From positions 3,008,001 through 3,072,000 of the forward strand of contig OZ250169.1 of the NCBI GenBank assembly GCA_965237955.1: a stretch of DNA of 64,000 nucleotides, in the 5' to 3' direction. The translations under genes and the position numbers were made by a program. Each line of letters starts with the position of its first letter. Position 1 is the first letter of the stretch. The DNA is from Candidatus Marinacidobacterales bacterium (GTDB lineage: Bacteria > Acidobacteriota > Vicinamibacteria > Marinacidobacterales > SMYC01). This document shows positions 1 to 10,076 of the stretch, piece by piece. The notes under the pieces are model-generated. The model ran no database searches. It was given only the letters and a program-made list of their open reading frames with translations, and was not told the origin of the DNA.

Positions 1-1179
1 GGCCGCGTACCGCTCGGCTATGAGAAGGACGGGCGCACGCTGCGCATCAACGAGGCTGAGGCCGAAACGGTCCGGACGCTCTATGCGCTGTACCGAAAGC
101 ACGAAACGCTCCGGCAGGTGAAGGCCGAGGCGGACCGTCTGAGACTGCGTACCAAGCAACGCTTCACCGCGGATGGAACCCGAACGGGCGGGCTGCCGTT
201 CCGTCGCGGACACCTCCACTGCCTGCTGACCAATCCTCTCTACGCCGGCCGCATCCGGCACCAGAGGCGTGTCTACGAGGGCCAGCATCCATCGATCATT
301 GCTCCGGAGCTCTGGGACGCGGTCCAAACGCAGCTGCAGGCAGGGGCTGCCAAACCAAGGAGACGCACGACGAAGGGCCGTGCCGCCCGTTCCCCACTGG
401 CAGGCAAGCTCTTCGACGAGACCGGGGACCGGCTGACGCCGAGCCACACCAAAAAGAAAAACGGGCAACGGCTCCGCTACTACGTCTCCCGGCGCCTCAT
501 CCAGCACAGTGGCCAAAAGGACCTCTCCGGCTGGCGACTGCCCGCCCCGATGCTGGAACAGACCGCCGTGCATCTCATCCGACAGCATGTGGATGCCACG
601 ACCTTCTCGGCCTCGTTGATCCACACTCCGACGATGCAAGAGCTCGCCTCGGTGCGTCGCTTTTTAGACGGGCTGTGTTCCGGTAGTAATGATGATAGTG
701 CCTCGGCAGCCCCCCTGCTCCGTCTTATCCGGCGGGTCGACATCAGCCCCGGCTCTGTGTCCATCCTGCTCGACCGCAATGCGTTCGCTGCTTGCCTCTC
801 TATGGGACCCGAACGCATTCGCGAGGATGCACTCCGCATCCTCGCACCGTTCCGCTTGCGTCGACGCAGCGTCGAGACCAAGCTCGTTCTGGGCAACCCC
901 ACGAAATCCGTCGACCGCACACTCCTGCGCAATATCAGAAACGCCCGCTCCTGGCTCGGCCGAATCAAAGCAGGCAAAACCTATGAGCAGATTGCCACCG
1001 AAAACGCCATCCCAACGGACCGCGTGCGCAAGGCAATCCGTTATGCCTTCCTGGCTCCCGACATCGTCCGCGCCATTGTCGAAGGCCGCCAGCCCGTTGG
1101 GCTGACCTCGAGCTACCTCTTGCATCATCCGCTTCCCGACGATTGGGAGAAACAGCGAGTGCTCGTCAAAACGCTGTGA
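1..1179 (+). CDS. Large serine recombinase, C-terminal part (gene begins before the window)
   Basis: Frame is open from base 1 (GRVPLGY...). It carries the recombinase-domain motifs LTNPLYAG and GQHPSII, plus SPLAGKLFD...RYY. Bases 1-56 nearly duplicate 6391-6446. Confidence 0.85.
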   Translation, partial: GRVPLGYEKDGRTLRINEAEAETVRTLYALYRKHETLRQVKAEADRLRLRTKQRFTADGTRTGGLPFRRGHLHCLLTNPLYAGRIRHQRRVYEGQHPSIIAPELWDAVQTQLQAGAAKPRRRTTKGRAARSPLAGKLFDETGDRLTPSHTKKKNGQRLRYYVSRRLIQHSGQKDLSGWRLPAPMLEQTAVHLIRQHVDATTFSASLIHTPTMQELASVRRFLDGLCSGSNDDSASAAPLLRLIRRVDISPGSVSILLDRNAFAACLSMGPERIREDALRILAPFRLRRRSVETKLVLGNPTKSVDRTLLRNIRNARSWLGRIKAGKTYEQIATENAIPTDRVRKAIRYAFLAPDIVRAIVEGRQPVGLTSSYLLHHPLPDDWEKQRVLVKTL

Positions 1180-2038
1180 GCCTGCCAGCGCCCACTTCGT
1201 GAATGGGCTCGGTTAGCAGCAAGCTGCTCTCCGACACTGGCCTCCACCAATCAGCCTCAAACTGGCCCAAATTCCCTGTCATGGTTTCCAGACTCGGATA
1301 GCTCCTTGTACTGGACCGTCTGCGGAGTCATCTTCGTTTCCTCCGTAAAACTCCGCTGGATGAATTCGAGGTTTGGCCAATTCGAATTCCGCTATTCGCC
1401 TTCTCCTCAGGCGCGATCTAGGCGTTAAGCGTCTTCTCATTATCTGCGCGATTAAGTAGAAAAACGGCCCGATAAGCCCCAAAATCGCACCAAATTGCAC
1501 GTTAATGGCCTGTTTAGCTCTGTTTCTGATCGTTTCCAGCCAAGAATCGGAAGCTCCACTCGAGCCTCCTGACTGCGATAGCCGGAAAGATGTTCCCGTC
1601 GACGAACATTCGCTGATGAGACGTAAAGCCTTTTGCGACAATGAGTAACGGTCGGAGCCGCCTCCGGAGGGTTTACGACACGGCCCTCTTTCAGGCGTCC
1701 AGGAGGTTGAGATTGCCGTATAGAAAATTTGATTAAAGCAAATTCGATTCCGGCTCGGAACGAGCACCCGTCGATGATGCGTGCGGGGACCAGCACGTGA
1801 CAGCGGCCGTTAAATCACTGTAGAAAAATAGGATAGAAGGAAATGGGCACCAAGGTTGAAACCCGAGAGCGCGTAAAACAGCCTTCTCGCCAAACCTGCG
1901 TACGCATCAAAAAACTCAAGAAATGCGCGAAACTCGAAACCTCCTGAATCTCCACTGACTTTTCTGTTTGAGGATTTCCGCCAAAAGCTGGACCACCTTT
2001 TGCCGAGACCGGATAGCTCCAACCTGCACCATCCGCCA

Positions 2039-2100
2039 CCCCGTCCTGTGCCAAAACTCGGCCCTTTTGAAATAGACCATTAATCAGCAGCTTAGTGTCT
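2039..2100 (+). mobile_element. Isolated terminal repeat of rve-integrase element 'A'
   Basis: CCCCGTCCTGTGCCAAAACTCGGCCCTTTTGAAATAG matches the ends of the full element at 60850-62283. Confidence 0.8.
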
Positions 2101-2102
2101 GT

Positions 2103-2294
2103 TGTGCCTTCTATTTATTCATCCGCGCGTCCCGAACTTGATTGATCTTCGGTCTACCAGCACCATGCCGGCATGATTTCGTCGTTGGTTCCCGCTCTCA
2201 TCTCTGCCTTCAAGGTTCGTCGCGAGCTAGCTCTCGAGAATGTCACTCTTCGGGAGCAGCTCGCCGTCCTCCACCATTCCGTGAAACGGCCGCT
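2103..2294 (+). mobile_element. Left end and 5' remnant of a second integrase-type IS ('C', TGTGCCTTCTATTTATTC end)
   Basis: The same end recurs at ~28946, ~40001, 40550-40706, 48135 and 48409. It is followed by a degenerate MISSFVRAL...ELALEN...LRQQL reading frame. Confidence 0.65.
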
Positions 2295-2529
2295 GGTTTT
2301 GGTGCCGCGTAACCCGCTCGTGTGCTAGAGTTTGAGCCTGATTTCGAGAGACGCAGTTCTTTCGGCGATGCGGGCTGGGCTGACCACACGGTGCCTGACG
2401 TTCAGAGACACCTTCGTGTGCACGCCGACATCCTTAATTAATGGCGTTCGCCGACACAGGCAGACCAGCTGACACTAGCATTCAAACACGGCGTAGCAAC
2501 ATATCTGGACTCCTCTAGTCAAGCCCCTT

Positions 2530-2810
2530 TCTTAATAAATCTTCCATCGAAGCTGCGCATCCATCGCGTCGTGACGAGTGGGTCAGACTGCAAACGTATC
2601 TTCGGCCTCAGTGAGGAGCGTCTTGGGTGCTCCGGGCCATGATGGAAAATCCGCGCGCGAGGAGCCAATCACTTTGAACGACCTCTTAGGGCCAGTGTTG
2701 CTATCGGCTTGACCCCGCGCCGGTCCGACCGGTACGCCATCAGTTGGATGGGTATCGTCGCAGCCTCTCTTTTGGAAGGGAAAAAGGAAAACACGAAAGT
2801 GGAGCCTCTA
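2530..2810 (-). ncRNA. Predicted bridge/seek RNA of IS1111 (boundaries approximate; 9 copies in the window)
   Basis: The stem-internal loop-stem at 2663-2709 carries target matches. The one at 2590-2654 carries donor matches. Confidence 0.8.
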
Positions 2811-2813
2811 AGT

Positions 2814-3845
2814 CTAAGCGGCCATCGGCGACTGGAATTCACTCTCGCGGGTGGAGACGGCCCAGACGATCCGGGCGAGTTTGTTGGCGACAGCAATCAC
2901 GGCCTTGTTGTGTCCCCGCGAGCGGTGGACCTTCCGAGCCCAGGCGCGGAGCTTGTCGGGCGGGCTCTTACTGACGTTCGCCGCGCGGAGCACGGCGCGC
3001 CCGCCCTGGGTGAGGAGCATACGGAGGTAGGAGTCGCCACGCTTGGTGATGCGTCCGAGGCGGCGAATGTCGCCACTGGAGTTTTCCTTGGGAACTAGGC
3101 CGAGGTAGCTCGAGAAGCGGCGCCCCGATGGGAAGCGGCGAAGATCGCCGACGAAGCCCACGATGGCGGTCGCGGTCAGAAGTCCGATGCCGGGAATGGC
3201 GAGAAGTCGTTGGACTTCAGGAAGCTGCTTGGTGAGCGCCTTGAGCTCGTGCTCGATGCCAGCGCACTTGTCCTTGAGTTCTCGAATCTCGGAGCAGGCA
3301 TCACGGAGATGCGAACGGAGCACGTCGGGCAAATCAGAATCAGCGTCTTCGACGAGTTCGAAGAGGGCGGGCACGACGAAGTGAGCGCCCTTTGGGATGA
3401 TGAATCCGAGTTCGCGCAGGATCCCGCGTACGGCATTGATGCGTGCGGTCCGTGTGGAGAGCCATCCTGAGCGCAGGCGATGGAGCGCGGCGAGGCTGTG
3501 CTGGTGCACGGACTTAATGGGCACGGGAAGAATCTCCTCGTTCCTGTAGGCCTCGAGCAACGCTTTGGCGTCGGCGCGGTCGTTCTTGCTCCCGCGTCGA
3601 TAGGGCCTCACGAGGTGAGGTGGGAGCAGGACGACGTCGTGTCCCAACCTTCGGAACGTCCTTGCCCAGAAGTGAGCAGAGCCGCAGGCTTCGAGAAGCA
3701 CGGTGGCAGCGCTCTGTTTGGCAAAAAACGACACCAACTTGGGTCGACTCACACGGAGTTGCTTGGACACCTTCCCCGCTTCTCCCGAGATGGCAATCTC
3801 GAAGACGTTCTTTGCAAGATCCACAGCGATCGTCGTATCTTTCAT
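2814..3845 (-). CDS. IS110-family DEDD recombinase/transposase (343 aa)
   Basis: Motifs AVDLAK, LEACG, KNDRAD and YLGLVP..SSG. An AGGAGG RBS precedes MKDTT. Confidence 0.95.
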   Translation of the reverse strand: MKDTTIAVDLAKNVFEIAISGEAGKVSKQLRVSRPKLVSFFAKQSAATVLLEACGSAHFWARTFRRLGHDVVLLPPHLVRPYRRGSKNDRADAKALLEAYRNEEILPVPIKSVHQHSLAALHRLRSGWLSTRTARINAVRGILRELGFIIPKGAHFVVPALFELVEDADSDLPDVLRSHLRDACSEIRELKDKCAGIEHELKALTKQLPEVQRLLAIPGIGLLTATAIVGFVGDLRRFPSGRRFSSYLGLVPKENSSGDIRRLGRITKRGDSYLRMLLTQGGRAVLRAANVSKSPPDKLRAWARKVHRSRGHNKAVIAVANKLARIVWAVSTRESEFQSPMAA

Positions 3846-3973
3846 TCGGACTCCTCCTTTTCGATGCGTATTCGACTGACTTTGGCACATCGATGCCGTC
3901 TATGTCAGCGGAGGAGTCCATTCCATCACTTGATGGCGGAAGCACTTGATGGCGGAAGCACCGAATAGAGTCC

Positions 3974-5455
3974 ATGCCGACGGCAAGAACCAGCGAGAGC
4001 CACCCACTGCGCATCACGGCGATGACCCTGGGCGACGGCCGGGGCCGGATCGGCTTCTCGCAGTGCCCCGGTAGGATCGATCGCTACGCAATATCCGGGC
4101 CCTGGAAGCGGGATCTCGACACCGACCTCGACGCGATTCAGCGCTGGGGAGCGACTGCGGTGGTCAGCCTGATCACCCACGAAGAGATCCCCGATCTGAA
4201 GGTGCACGATCTCCCGAGGGCGGTTCGAGACCGGCACATGGAGTGGTGGCATGCCCCGATTCCCGACGGAGAGGCACCGGAACAGGACTTCGAGCACGCC
4301 TGGAAGGCCACCGGCGAGTCCATCCGGAACCGGCTGCGGCTCGGCTTCGACGTGCTGCTCCACTGCCGGGGTGGTCTGGGACGCGCCGGGACCATCACAG
4401 CCCGCCTGCTGGTGGAGTTGGGCGTGCAACCGGACGATGCGATCCGCCGCGTGCGCGACGCCCGCGAATGGACCATCGAGAACGGCTCCCAGCTGGCTCA
4501 CGTGAGGCAGTGTTCGGCACAAGCACCATCGGTTCCATCCCGGACCGCGGACGACATCCACGACCGGGCGCTCGGGGCCTTCCTCGGTCTGGCGGTGGGC
4601 GACGCGGTCGGCACGACGCTCGAATTCTGCTCCCGCGATACGCAGCCGCGTCTAGAAGACATGGTCGGTGGCGGCCCGTTCGATCTGCCGGCCGGCGCTT
4701 GGACCGACGACACGGCCATGGCGCTGGCCCTGGCCGACAGCCTGGCGGAATCCAAGACGCTCGACTGCCGGGACCTGATGGACCGTTTCGTGAAGTGGTG
4801 GCGAGACGGAGACTACTCGTGGAGCGGAGACTGCTTCGACATTGGAAACACGACCTGCCAAGCGCTCACCCGGTACCTACGGACGGGTGACCCGGTCGCG
4901 GGTTCGACCGATCCCTTGAGCGCAGGCAACGGCTCGCTGATGCGGCTCGCCCCCGTTGCGCTCCGGTTCAGGCACGACCGGCCGCGCCTGCTCGCGGCAG
5001 CCGCCGACCAGTCCCGGACGACCCACGGAGGCGAGGAAGCAGTGGACGCCTGCCGGGCGTTCGGCGCACTCCTGGCAGACGCCATCGCCGGGTCACCGTT
5101 CTCGGACGTTCTGGCTCCGAGACGGTTCACGGGAGCGGCGGCAATCACTCAGGTCATAGCCGGCAGCTGGCGAGGACGGACACGGGATACGATCCGCTCC
5201 AGCGGGTACGTCGTTCACACGCTCGAAGCCGCCATCTGGTCAGTCGCCCGCACCGGAGACTTCCGCGGCGCGGTGCTGCTCGCGGCCAACCTGGCCGACG
5301 ACGCCGATACGGTAGCAGCAGTGACGGGGCAGCTCGCCGGCGCCCTCTACGGCCTGAACGCCATCCCCGACCACTGGCGGGAACGCGTTGCCTGGAAGGA
5401 TCGACTCCTGGCAGCGGCGCGGCGGTTGCTGTCGGAACCCCTTGCCGACCGGTAG
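3974..5455 (+). CDS. Cys-phosphatase (CDKN3/PTP-like) fused to ADP-ribosylglycohydrolase, allele 1
   Basis: HCRGGLGRAG P-loop. ARH motifs GDAVG, WTDDT, GNGSLMR and DADTVAAVTG. Confidence 0.9.
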   Translation: MPTARTSESHPLRITAMTLGDGRGRIGFSQCPGRIDRYAISGPWKRDLDTDLDAIQRWGATAVVSLITHEEIPDLKVHDLPRAVRDRHMEWWHAPIPDGEAPEQDFEHAWKATGESIRNRLRLGFDVLLHCRGGLGRAGTITARLLVELGVQPDDAIRRVRDAREWTIENGSQLAHVRQCSAQAPSVPSRTADDIHDRALGAFLGLAVGDAVGTTLEFCSRDTQPRLEDMVGGGPFDLPAGAWTDDTAMALALADSLAESKTLDCRDLMDRFVKWWRDGDYSWSGDCFDIGNTTCQALTRYLRTGDPVAGSTDPLSAGNGSLMRLAPVALRFRHDRPRLLAAAADQSRTTHGGEEAVDACRAFGALLADAIAGSPFSDVLAPRRFTGAAAITQVIAGSWRGRTRDTIRSSGYVVHTLEAAIWSVARTGDFRGAVLLAANLADDADTVAAVTGQLAGALYGLNAIPDHWRERVAWKDRLLAAARRLLSEPLADR

Positions 5456-5475
5456 AAGTTGGGTGGGTAGCCGAA

Positions 5476-5564
5476 GCACGGCTCTTGACCCGGTCGCAAA
5501 CACAGACACTAAGCTGCTGATATTATGCTCTGTTTCAAAAGGCCGAGTTTTGGCACAGGACGGG
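5476..5564 (-). mobile_element. Element A terminal repeat abutting the ARH gene 3' end
   Basis: ...CGCAAACACAGACACTAAG...CCGAGTTTTGGCACAGGACGGG. Confidence 0.8.
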
Positions 5565-5906
5565 CAGCTCCGCCAAGCTCGCTCTCGCGTATCTTCATGC
5601 GCCGCGTTCTCTTGCACGAACGCCAGTGCCGGACCCATGGCGGGCTTTCGGCCGCAACCCGGCGCTCTCTGGCCGCTATGGCGAACGAGACACCAGGCAA
5701 CGCCGCTCCCGCAGGGTCCGTTTCTACCGGCACCCATCTCGTCCGCGAGTGGAATGGCCGGACCTACCAGGTCGAGGTAGTCGACAACGGCTATCGGTTC
5801 GACGGCAAAACCTATCCGTCCCTCACCGCCATCACAAAAGCGAATCACCGGCACCCACTGGTCAGGACCACGCTTTTTCGGTCTGACGCCCAAGCGCAAG
5901 GCCTAA
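5565..5906 (+). pseudogene. DUF2924-like protein, 5'-truncated and frameshifted near 5838
   Basis: LVREWNGRTYQVEV...YPSLTAI, then ITGTHWSGPRFFGL in another frame. This family typically sits upstream of serine recombinases. Confidence 0.75.
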
Positions 5907-5907
5907 C

Positions 5908-6450
5908 ATGAAGAAAATCCGCTGTGCCATCTATACGCGAAAGAGCGCGGAAGAGGGTCTCGAGCAGGAGTTCAACTCCCTCGATGCGCAGCGAGAAGCC
6001 TGCGCCGCGTATGTCGCGAGCCACAAGGCGGAGGGCTGGGTGCTGCTGCGGACTGTCTACGAGGACGCGGGACTCTCGGGAGGAACCCTGGAGCGCCCGG
6101 GCCTGCAGCGCTTGCTCGCCGACATCGATGCCGGTCTCGTCGAGCAGATCGTGGTCTACAAGGTCGACCGGCTGACCCGTTCCCTCTCCGACTTTGCGAA
6201 GCTCGTCGAACGGCTCGAGGCGGCCGGCGCGGTTTTCGTCTCGGTGACTCAGTCCTTCAACACCGCGACCAGCATGGGACGACTGACGCTGCATATGCTG
6301 CTGTCCTTCGCACAATTCGAACGCGAGGTCACGGCCGAGCGGATCCGCGATAAGGTCGCTGCCTCCAAGCGCAAGGGACTATGGATGGGCGGCCGCGTAC
6401 CGCTCGGCTATGAGAAGGACGAGCGCACGCTGCGCATCAACGAGGCCTAA
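5908..6450 (+). pseudogene. Serine recombinase N-terminal catalytic domain, truncated duplicate
   Basis: CAIYTRKS and VYKVDRLTRS motifs. It stops at INEA*, where the copy at 1-1179 continues. Confidence 0.85.
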
Positions 6451-6812
6451 CTCCGGATCCCGATTGAACCTCTGCTCGGGGGCCGATACAATCCCCTACA
6501 GGATTTCCTCGTTAGTGCCTGGCGACTCGACACGCTTCGCTTAGACCAGATGTTCGACGACGAAGTGCTGCGGGGGATACTGACATCAGTAAGACGATCA
6601 GTCTCGAAATCCTCCGACAGTTGTGTCCCGGCTCGACCTCATGAGTCTGATGGAAGAATCGTTTGTCACTTATTCGGAGGGCGGCGTCAAAACTTGTTTT
6701 CTTGGGATGGATTCTTGAGCGGGCACTGATTTCGAGTTAGGTGTCTGCCTCTACTGCATCTCCGAAATCATTGCGTTGTGAGGCCCTTCGAGATTCGAAA
6801 AAGGGGTTAAAG

Positions 6813-8855
6813 ATGTCTAGACGATCAATTACCGTTTCTTTCCTTATTTTTCTCCTGCTCGTTCCGGTCTCAAGCCTGCCGGTATTCGGCCAGGCCTCAT
6901 CGAACGACCAGGAGTTGAAACTTAAAAAATATGATGTGGAGCCCCTACCCCACGTCTCCCCAGTGTCGTCCCCGGCATTATCACCGGACGGCAGCAAGAT
7001 ACTATTCGCCAGATCCACCGTGAACATGGAGAAGAACGGATACGAGTCCCATGTCTGGATAGTCCCCTCTGCGGAGGGTGAAGCCAGACAGCTAACCTAC
7101 AGCGACGGCGCTGAATCGGCCCCCTTCTGGTCACCTGACGGGGAGACCATCTACTTTAACTCAAGCCGCGCCCTCGGTGGCATCAAGAAGGACAGGCTGT
7201 GGGCTCTGCCGGCAGCCGGCGGTGAAGCCAGACCTGTCTTGGAGGGATCCATACAAATCCCCGAGTTCAGTCCGGACGGGAAGAAGCTCCTGTACTCTAG
7301 TAGAGTCGAGGAGCCCTCAGAGACGCCGGAGGAGCATGTGGAGGATGTAATGTGGATAACCAAGCTCCGTTACAAGAGGGACGGGCAGGGCTACTACCCC
7401 TACACACGTACCCATGTATTCATCGCAGACCTGAAGACAGGTATGAAAGACCAGATAACCAGCGGTCGCTACGAGGTCTCCTCACCCAGCTGGGCCCCAG
7501 ACGGGAAGGGCATCGCCTACGTGGCTAACCCTGAGAACGGGGACTACTCCAGAGTCAGGGACATATACATTCACCCCCTGGGCGGTGAACCCCACAAGGT
7601 AACCAAGGGGGACTCTATGATCAGCTCAGTAGCATGGTCCCCCAACGGAGACCGGCTGCTATACACAGGGCGGAAGCCCGACGACCTCGTACATCCCCCC
7701 TACATGAACACGGATATCTGGGTCATGCCCAGCGGCGGCGGAGAAGCCAAGAACCTTACGAAGGATTTTGACAGGACTGTGGGCCGTAGCAGTGTGGACT
7801 GGATCAACCCAGACTATACCTACTTCAGGGCTCCCCATCATGGAACGTACCAGGTCTACAAGTTAGACATTAACACAGGGGCTGTTGAGCAGATCACCGA
7901 AGGCCAGATGAACCTTGGCGCGTTCAGCGTGAACTCGGACTACACAAAGTTCGCATACGTCGCCTCGGATGCCAGCTGGCCCAGCGAGATCTACATGTAC
8001 GACGGCTCAACGCAGACGCGGATAACAAACATGAACGAGGAACTCATGGAGAAGTGGGTCGTAAGCCTCCCAGAGGAGTTCTGGTTCACAGCCAGCGACG
8101 GCGTGAAGGTTCAAGGATGGATAGTGAAACCCCACAACTATGAGGCCGGCGGCAAGTACCCCATGATCCTTGAGATACATGGAGGCCCCCACGGAGCCTA
8201 CGGATTCAAGCTGGACACCGCGGAGCACGAGTTCCAGCTCCTAGCCAAGAACGGCTACGCAGTCATATACACCAACCCCAGAGACAGCATCGGCTACGGA
8301 GAAGAGTTCGCAGCGCTCGCTGAGGGCACATGGGGTGGCAGAGACTGGGATGACCTCATGGAGGCCGTTGACTACGTCCTGGAGAACTATGACTACATCG
8401 ACGCTGACAGGCTGGGAGTCGCAGGCGGCAGCTTCGGCGGATTCATGACCAACTGGACCATCGGCCACACCGACCGGTTCAAGGCCGCAGTCACCATGCG
8501 ATCCGTCAGCAACTGGTACAGCCAGGTCGGATACAGCGACATGAGCTGGGGCTATTCAGGGATAGGCAACTACCGAGAGCCATGGGAGATACCGGACAAG
8601 TACTTGAAGCATTCACCCATCACGTACGCTGATAAGATGACCACCCCCCTACTCATCATACACTCAGAGTTCGACTACAGATGCCCCCTCGCTGAGGGAG
8701 AGCAACTCTACTACGCACTCAAACGGCTCAAAAGGGACGTCGAGTACATCCGGTTCGCCAACAACAGCCACGGACTCAGCAGAGGCGGTAAACCAACCCA
8801 CAGGACAGCACGGCTACGGCATATCCTGCGTTGGTTCGACAAGTACCTCAAATAA
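6813..8855 (+). CDS. S9 family (prolyl/acylaminoacyl) peptidase with beta-propeller and signal peptide
   Basis: WSPDG repeats, IHGGP, GGSFGG nucleophile motif, DYRC and HGLSR. The N-terminus is hydrophobic. Confidence 0.92.
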   Translation: MSRRSITVSFLIFLLLVPVSSLPVFGQASSNDQELKLKKYDVEPLPHVSPVSSPALSPDGSKILFARSTVNMEKNGYESHVWIVPSAEGEARQLTYSDGAESAPFWSPDGETIYFNSSRALGGIKKDRLWALPAAGGEARPVLEGSIQIPEFSPDGKKLLYSSRVEEPSETPEEHVEDVMWITKLRYKRDGQGYYPYTRTHVFIADLKTGMKDQITSGRYEVSSPSWAPDGKGIAYVANPENGDYSRVRDIYIHPLGGEPHKVTKGDSMISSVAWSPNGDRLLYTGRKPDDLVHPPYMNTDIWVMPSGGGEAKNLTKDFDRTVGRSSVDWINPDYTYFRAPHHGTYQVYKLDINTGAVEQITEGQMNLGAFSVNSDYTKFAYVASDASWPSEIYMYDGSTQTRITNMNEELMEKWVVSLPEEFWFTASDGVKVQGWIVKPHNYEAGGKYPMILEIHGGPHGAYGFKLDTAEHEFQLLAKNGYAVIYTNPRDSIGYGEEFAALAEGTWGGRDWDDLMEAVDYVLENYDYIDADRLGVAGGSFGGFMTNWTIGHTDRFKAAVTMRSVSNWYSQVGYSDMSWGYSGIGNYREPWEIPDKYLKHSPITYADKMTTPLLIIHSEFDYRCPLAEGEQLYYALKRLKRDVEYIRFANNSHGLSRGGKPTHRTARLRHILRWFDKYLK

Positions 8856-8976
8856 CCCTATTTTTTACATTAGAGAGGGAAGTACTTTTCCCAAGTATAC
8901 TCCAAAAAGGCAGGTCAGGTGCGTATTCCAGCCATCGTGAACGCCGAATCCAGAGCAAGCTGAACAGCGAATCCGG

Positions 8977-10076
8977 TGCCTTGGTGCACAACTCGCGATC
9001 TCGGTCCACAATTGTCCTTTACTCACGGATTCGAGGTTCCCCATGAGCATTTTCAAACGCACTCAGCGGAAGTATGTGAAGAAGGCCTATCGCGTGAGGA
9101 ATTGGCGTGAATATAAGGCGGGTCTATGCAACCGTGGGAGTCAACCGTGGGAGCCTGACCGTCTGGATCTCGCTCACCGTCGGCAAGCTTGTGAACTGGG
9201 ACGCGCCCCGGCCGAGGAGGAGGAAACCGGGCCGTCAACGCAAGTACTCGAACCACGCCATCGAGACGGCTGTCACCCTGGGCATGGTGTTTCATCTGTC
9301 ATCTAGGCAGAGCGAGGGATTGCTGCGATCGTTGTTCGCTCTGATGAAGCTAGACAATGATGTGCCCGATCACACCACGATTTCGAGGCGCAAGGCGAAG
9401 CTGGGTAAGGTCCCCTTCTACCAAGACAAGCAGAAGACGCCGTTGCACATCTTGATCGACAGCAGCGGTCTCGCTGCCCACGCCGGCCAGCTGCGCAGAG
9501 CACCAAAGAGCAGGGACTATCGCAAGCTCCATCTGTGTGTCGACGAGCAGAGTGGCGAAGTCGTCGCCGGCGAGCTGACGAGCAAAAGAGCCCGCGATTC
9601 ATCGCGGGTTGCATCGCTTGTCGGACAGATCGACAGTCCCATCTCATCGGCCAGAGCTGACACCGCATACGACGCCAGCGGCGTCTATGAGGCGATCGAG
9701 AATCACAGCGCTCATCGCTCGCCGAGGGTGCTGATACCGCCGCGCAAGGGCGCCCAGCTCGCATCGGGGCCGGCGAGCAGCCGACAGCGCAATCGCAACA
9801 TTGCAGCACAAGCTCGGCTCGGCAAACGAAAGTGGCACACAGAATCGGGCTACAGCAAACGGAGCAAAGTCGAGACAACGTTCCATCGCTACAAGGCTAT
9901 CGTGGGCTCAGCGATGCGAGCGAGAGGGTTGGCGGCACAGAGAGTCGAGGCAAGGATCGGGTGCAAGATTCTCAACACGATGACGGCGCTCGGGATGCCT
10001 GATAGCGAGATGATCGGATGATGGGAGTCGGGGCCAAGCGAGCTCTCGGCCTCTATCGGAGTTGTGCACCAAGGCA
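8977..10076 (+). mobile_element. IS5-family element type 1, transposase frameshifted
   Basis: IR TGCCTTGGTGCACAACTC. Motifs VRNWREY, PDHTTISRR and IDSSGL. A 13-bp duplication near 9130-9154 shifts the frame. Confidence 0.88.

Larger units (their letters stand above)
2501..3926 (-). mobile_element. IS110 family, IS1111 group, copy 1 (~1426 bp)
   Basis: Sub-terminal IR TGGACTCCTC / GAGGAGTCCA, an AT core at both junctions, a short left end, and a ~310-bp non-coding end downstream of the transposase. Confidence 0.93.
2301..3962. mobile_element. MITE 'B' (left IR lost) interrupted by IS1111 copy 1
   Basis: Body is shared with 19070, 40732 and 43686. Right IR is CACTTGATGGCGGAAGCACC, with a 16-bp tandem duplication at 3927-3958. 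Confidence 0.8.

Noticed and set aside
1279-2054. Short ORFs downstream of the recombinase
   Set aside because: They have no recognisable motifs, overlap in conflicting frames and are partly repeat-derived.
2814-3890. 358-aa start MCQSQ for the IS110 transposase
   Set aside because: The strong AGGAGG RBS and family N-terminus support the ATG at 3845.
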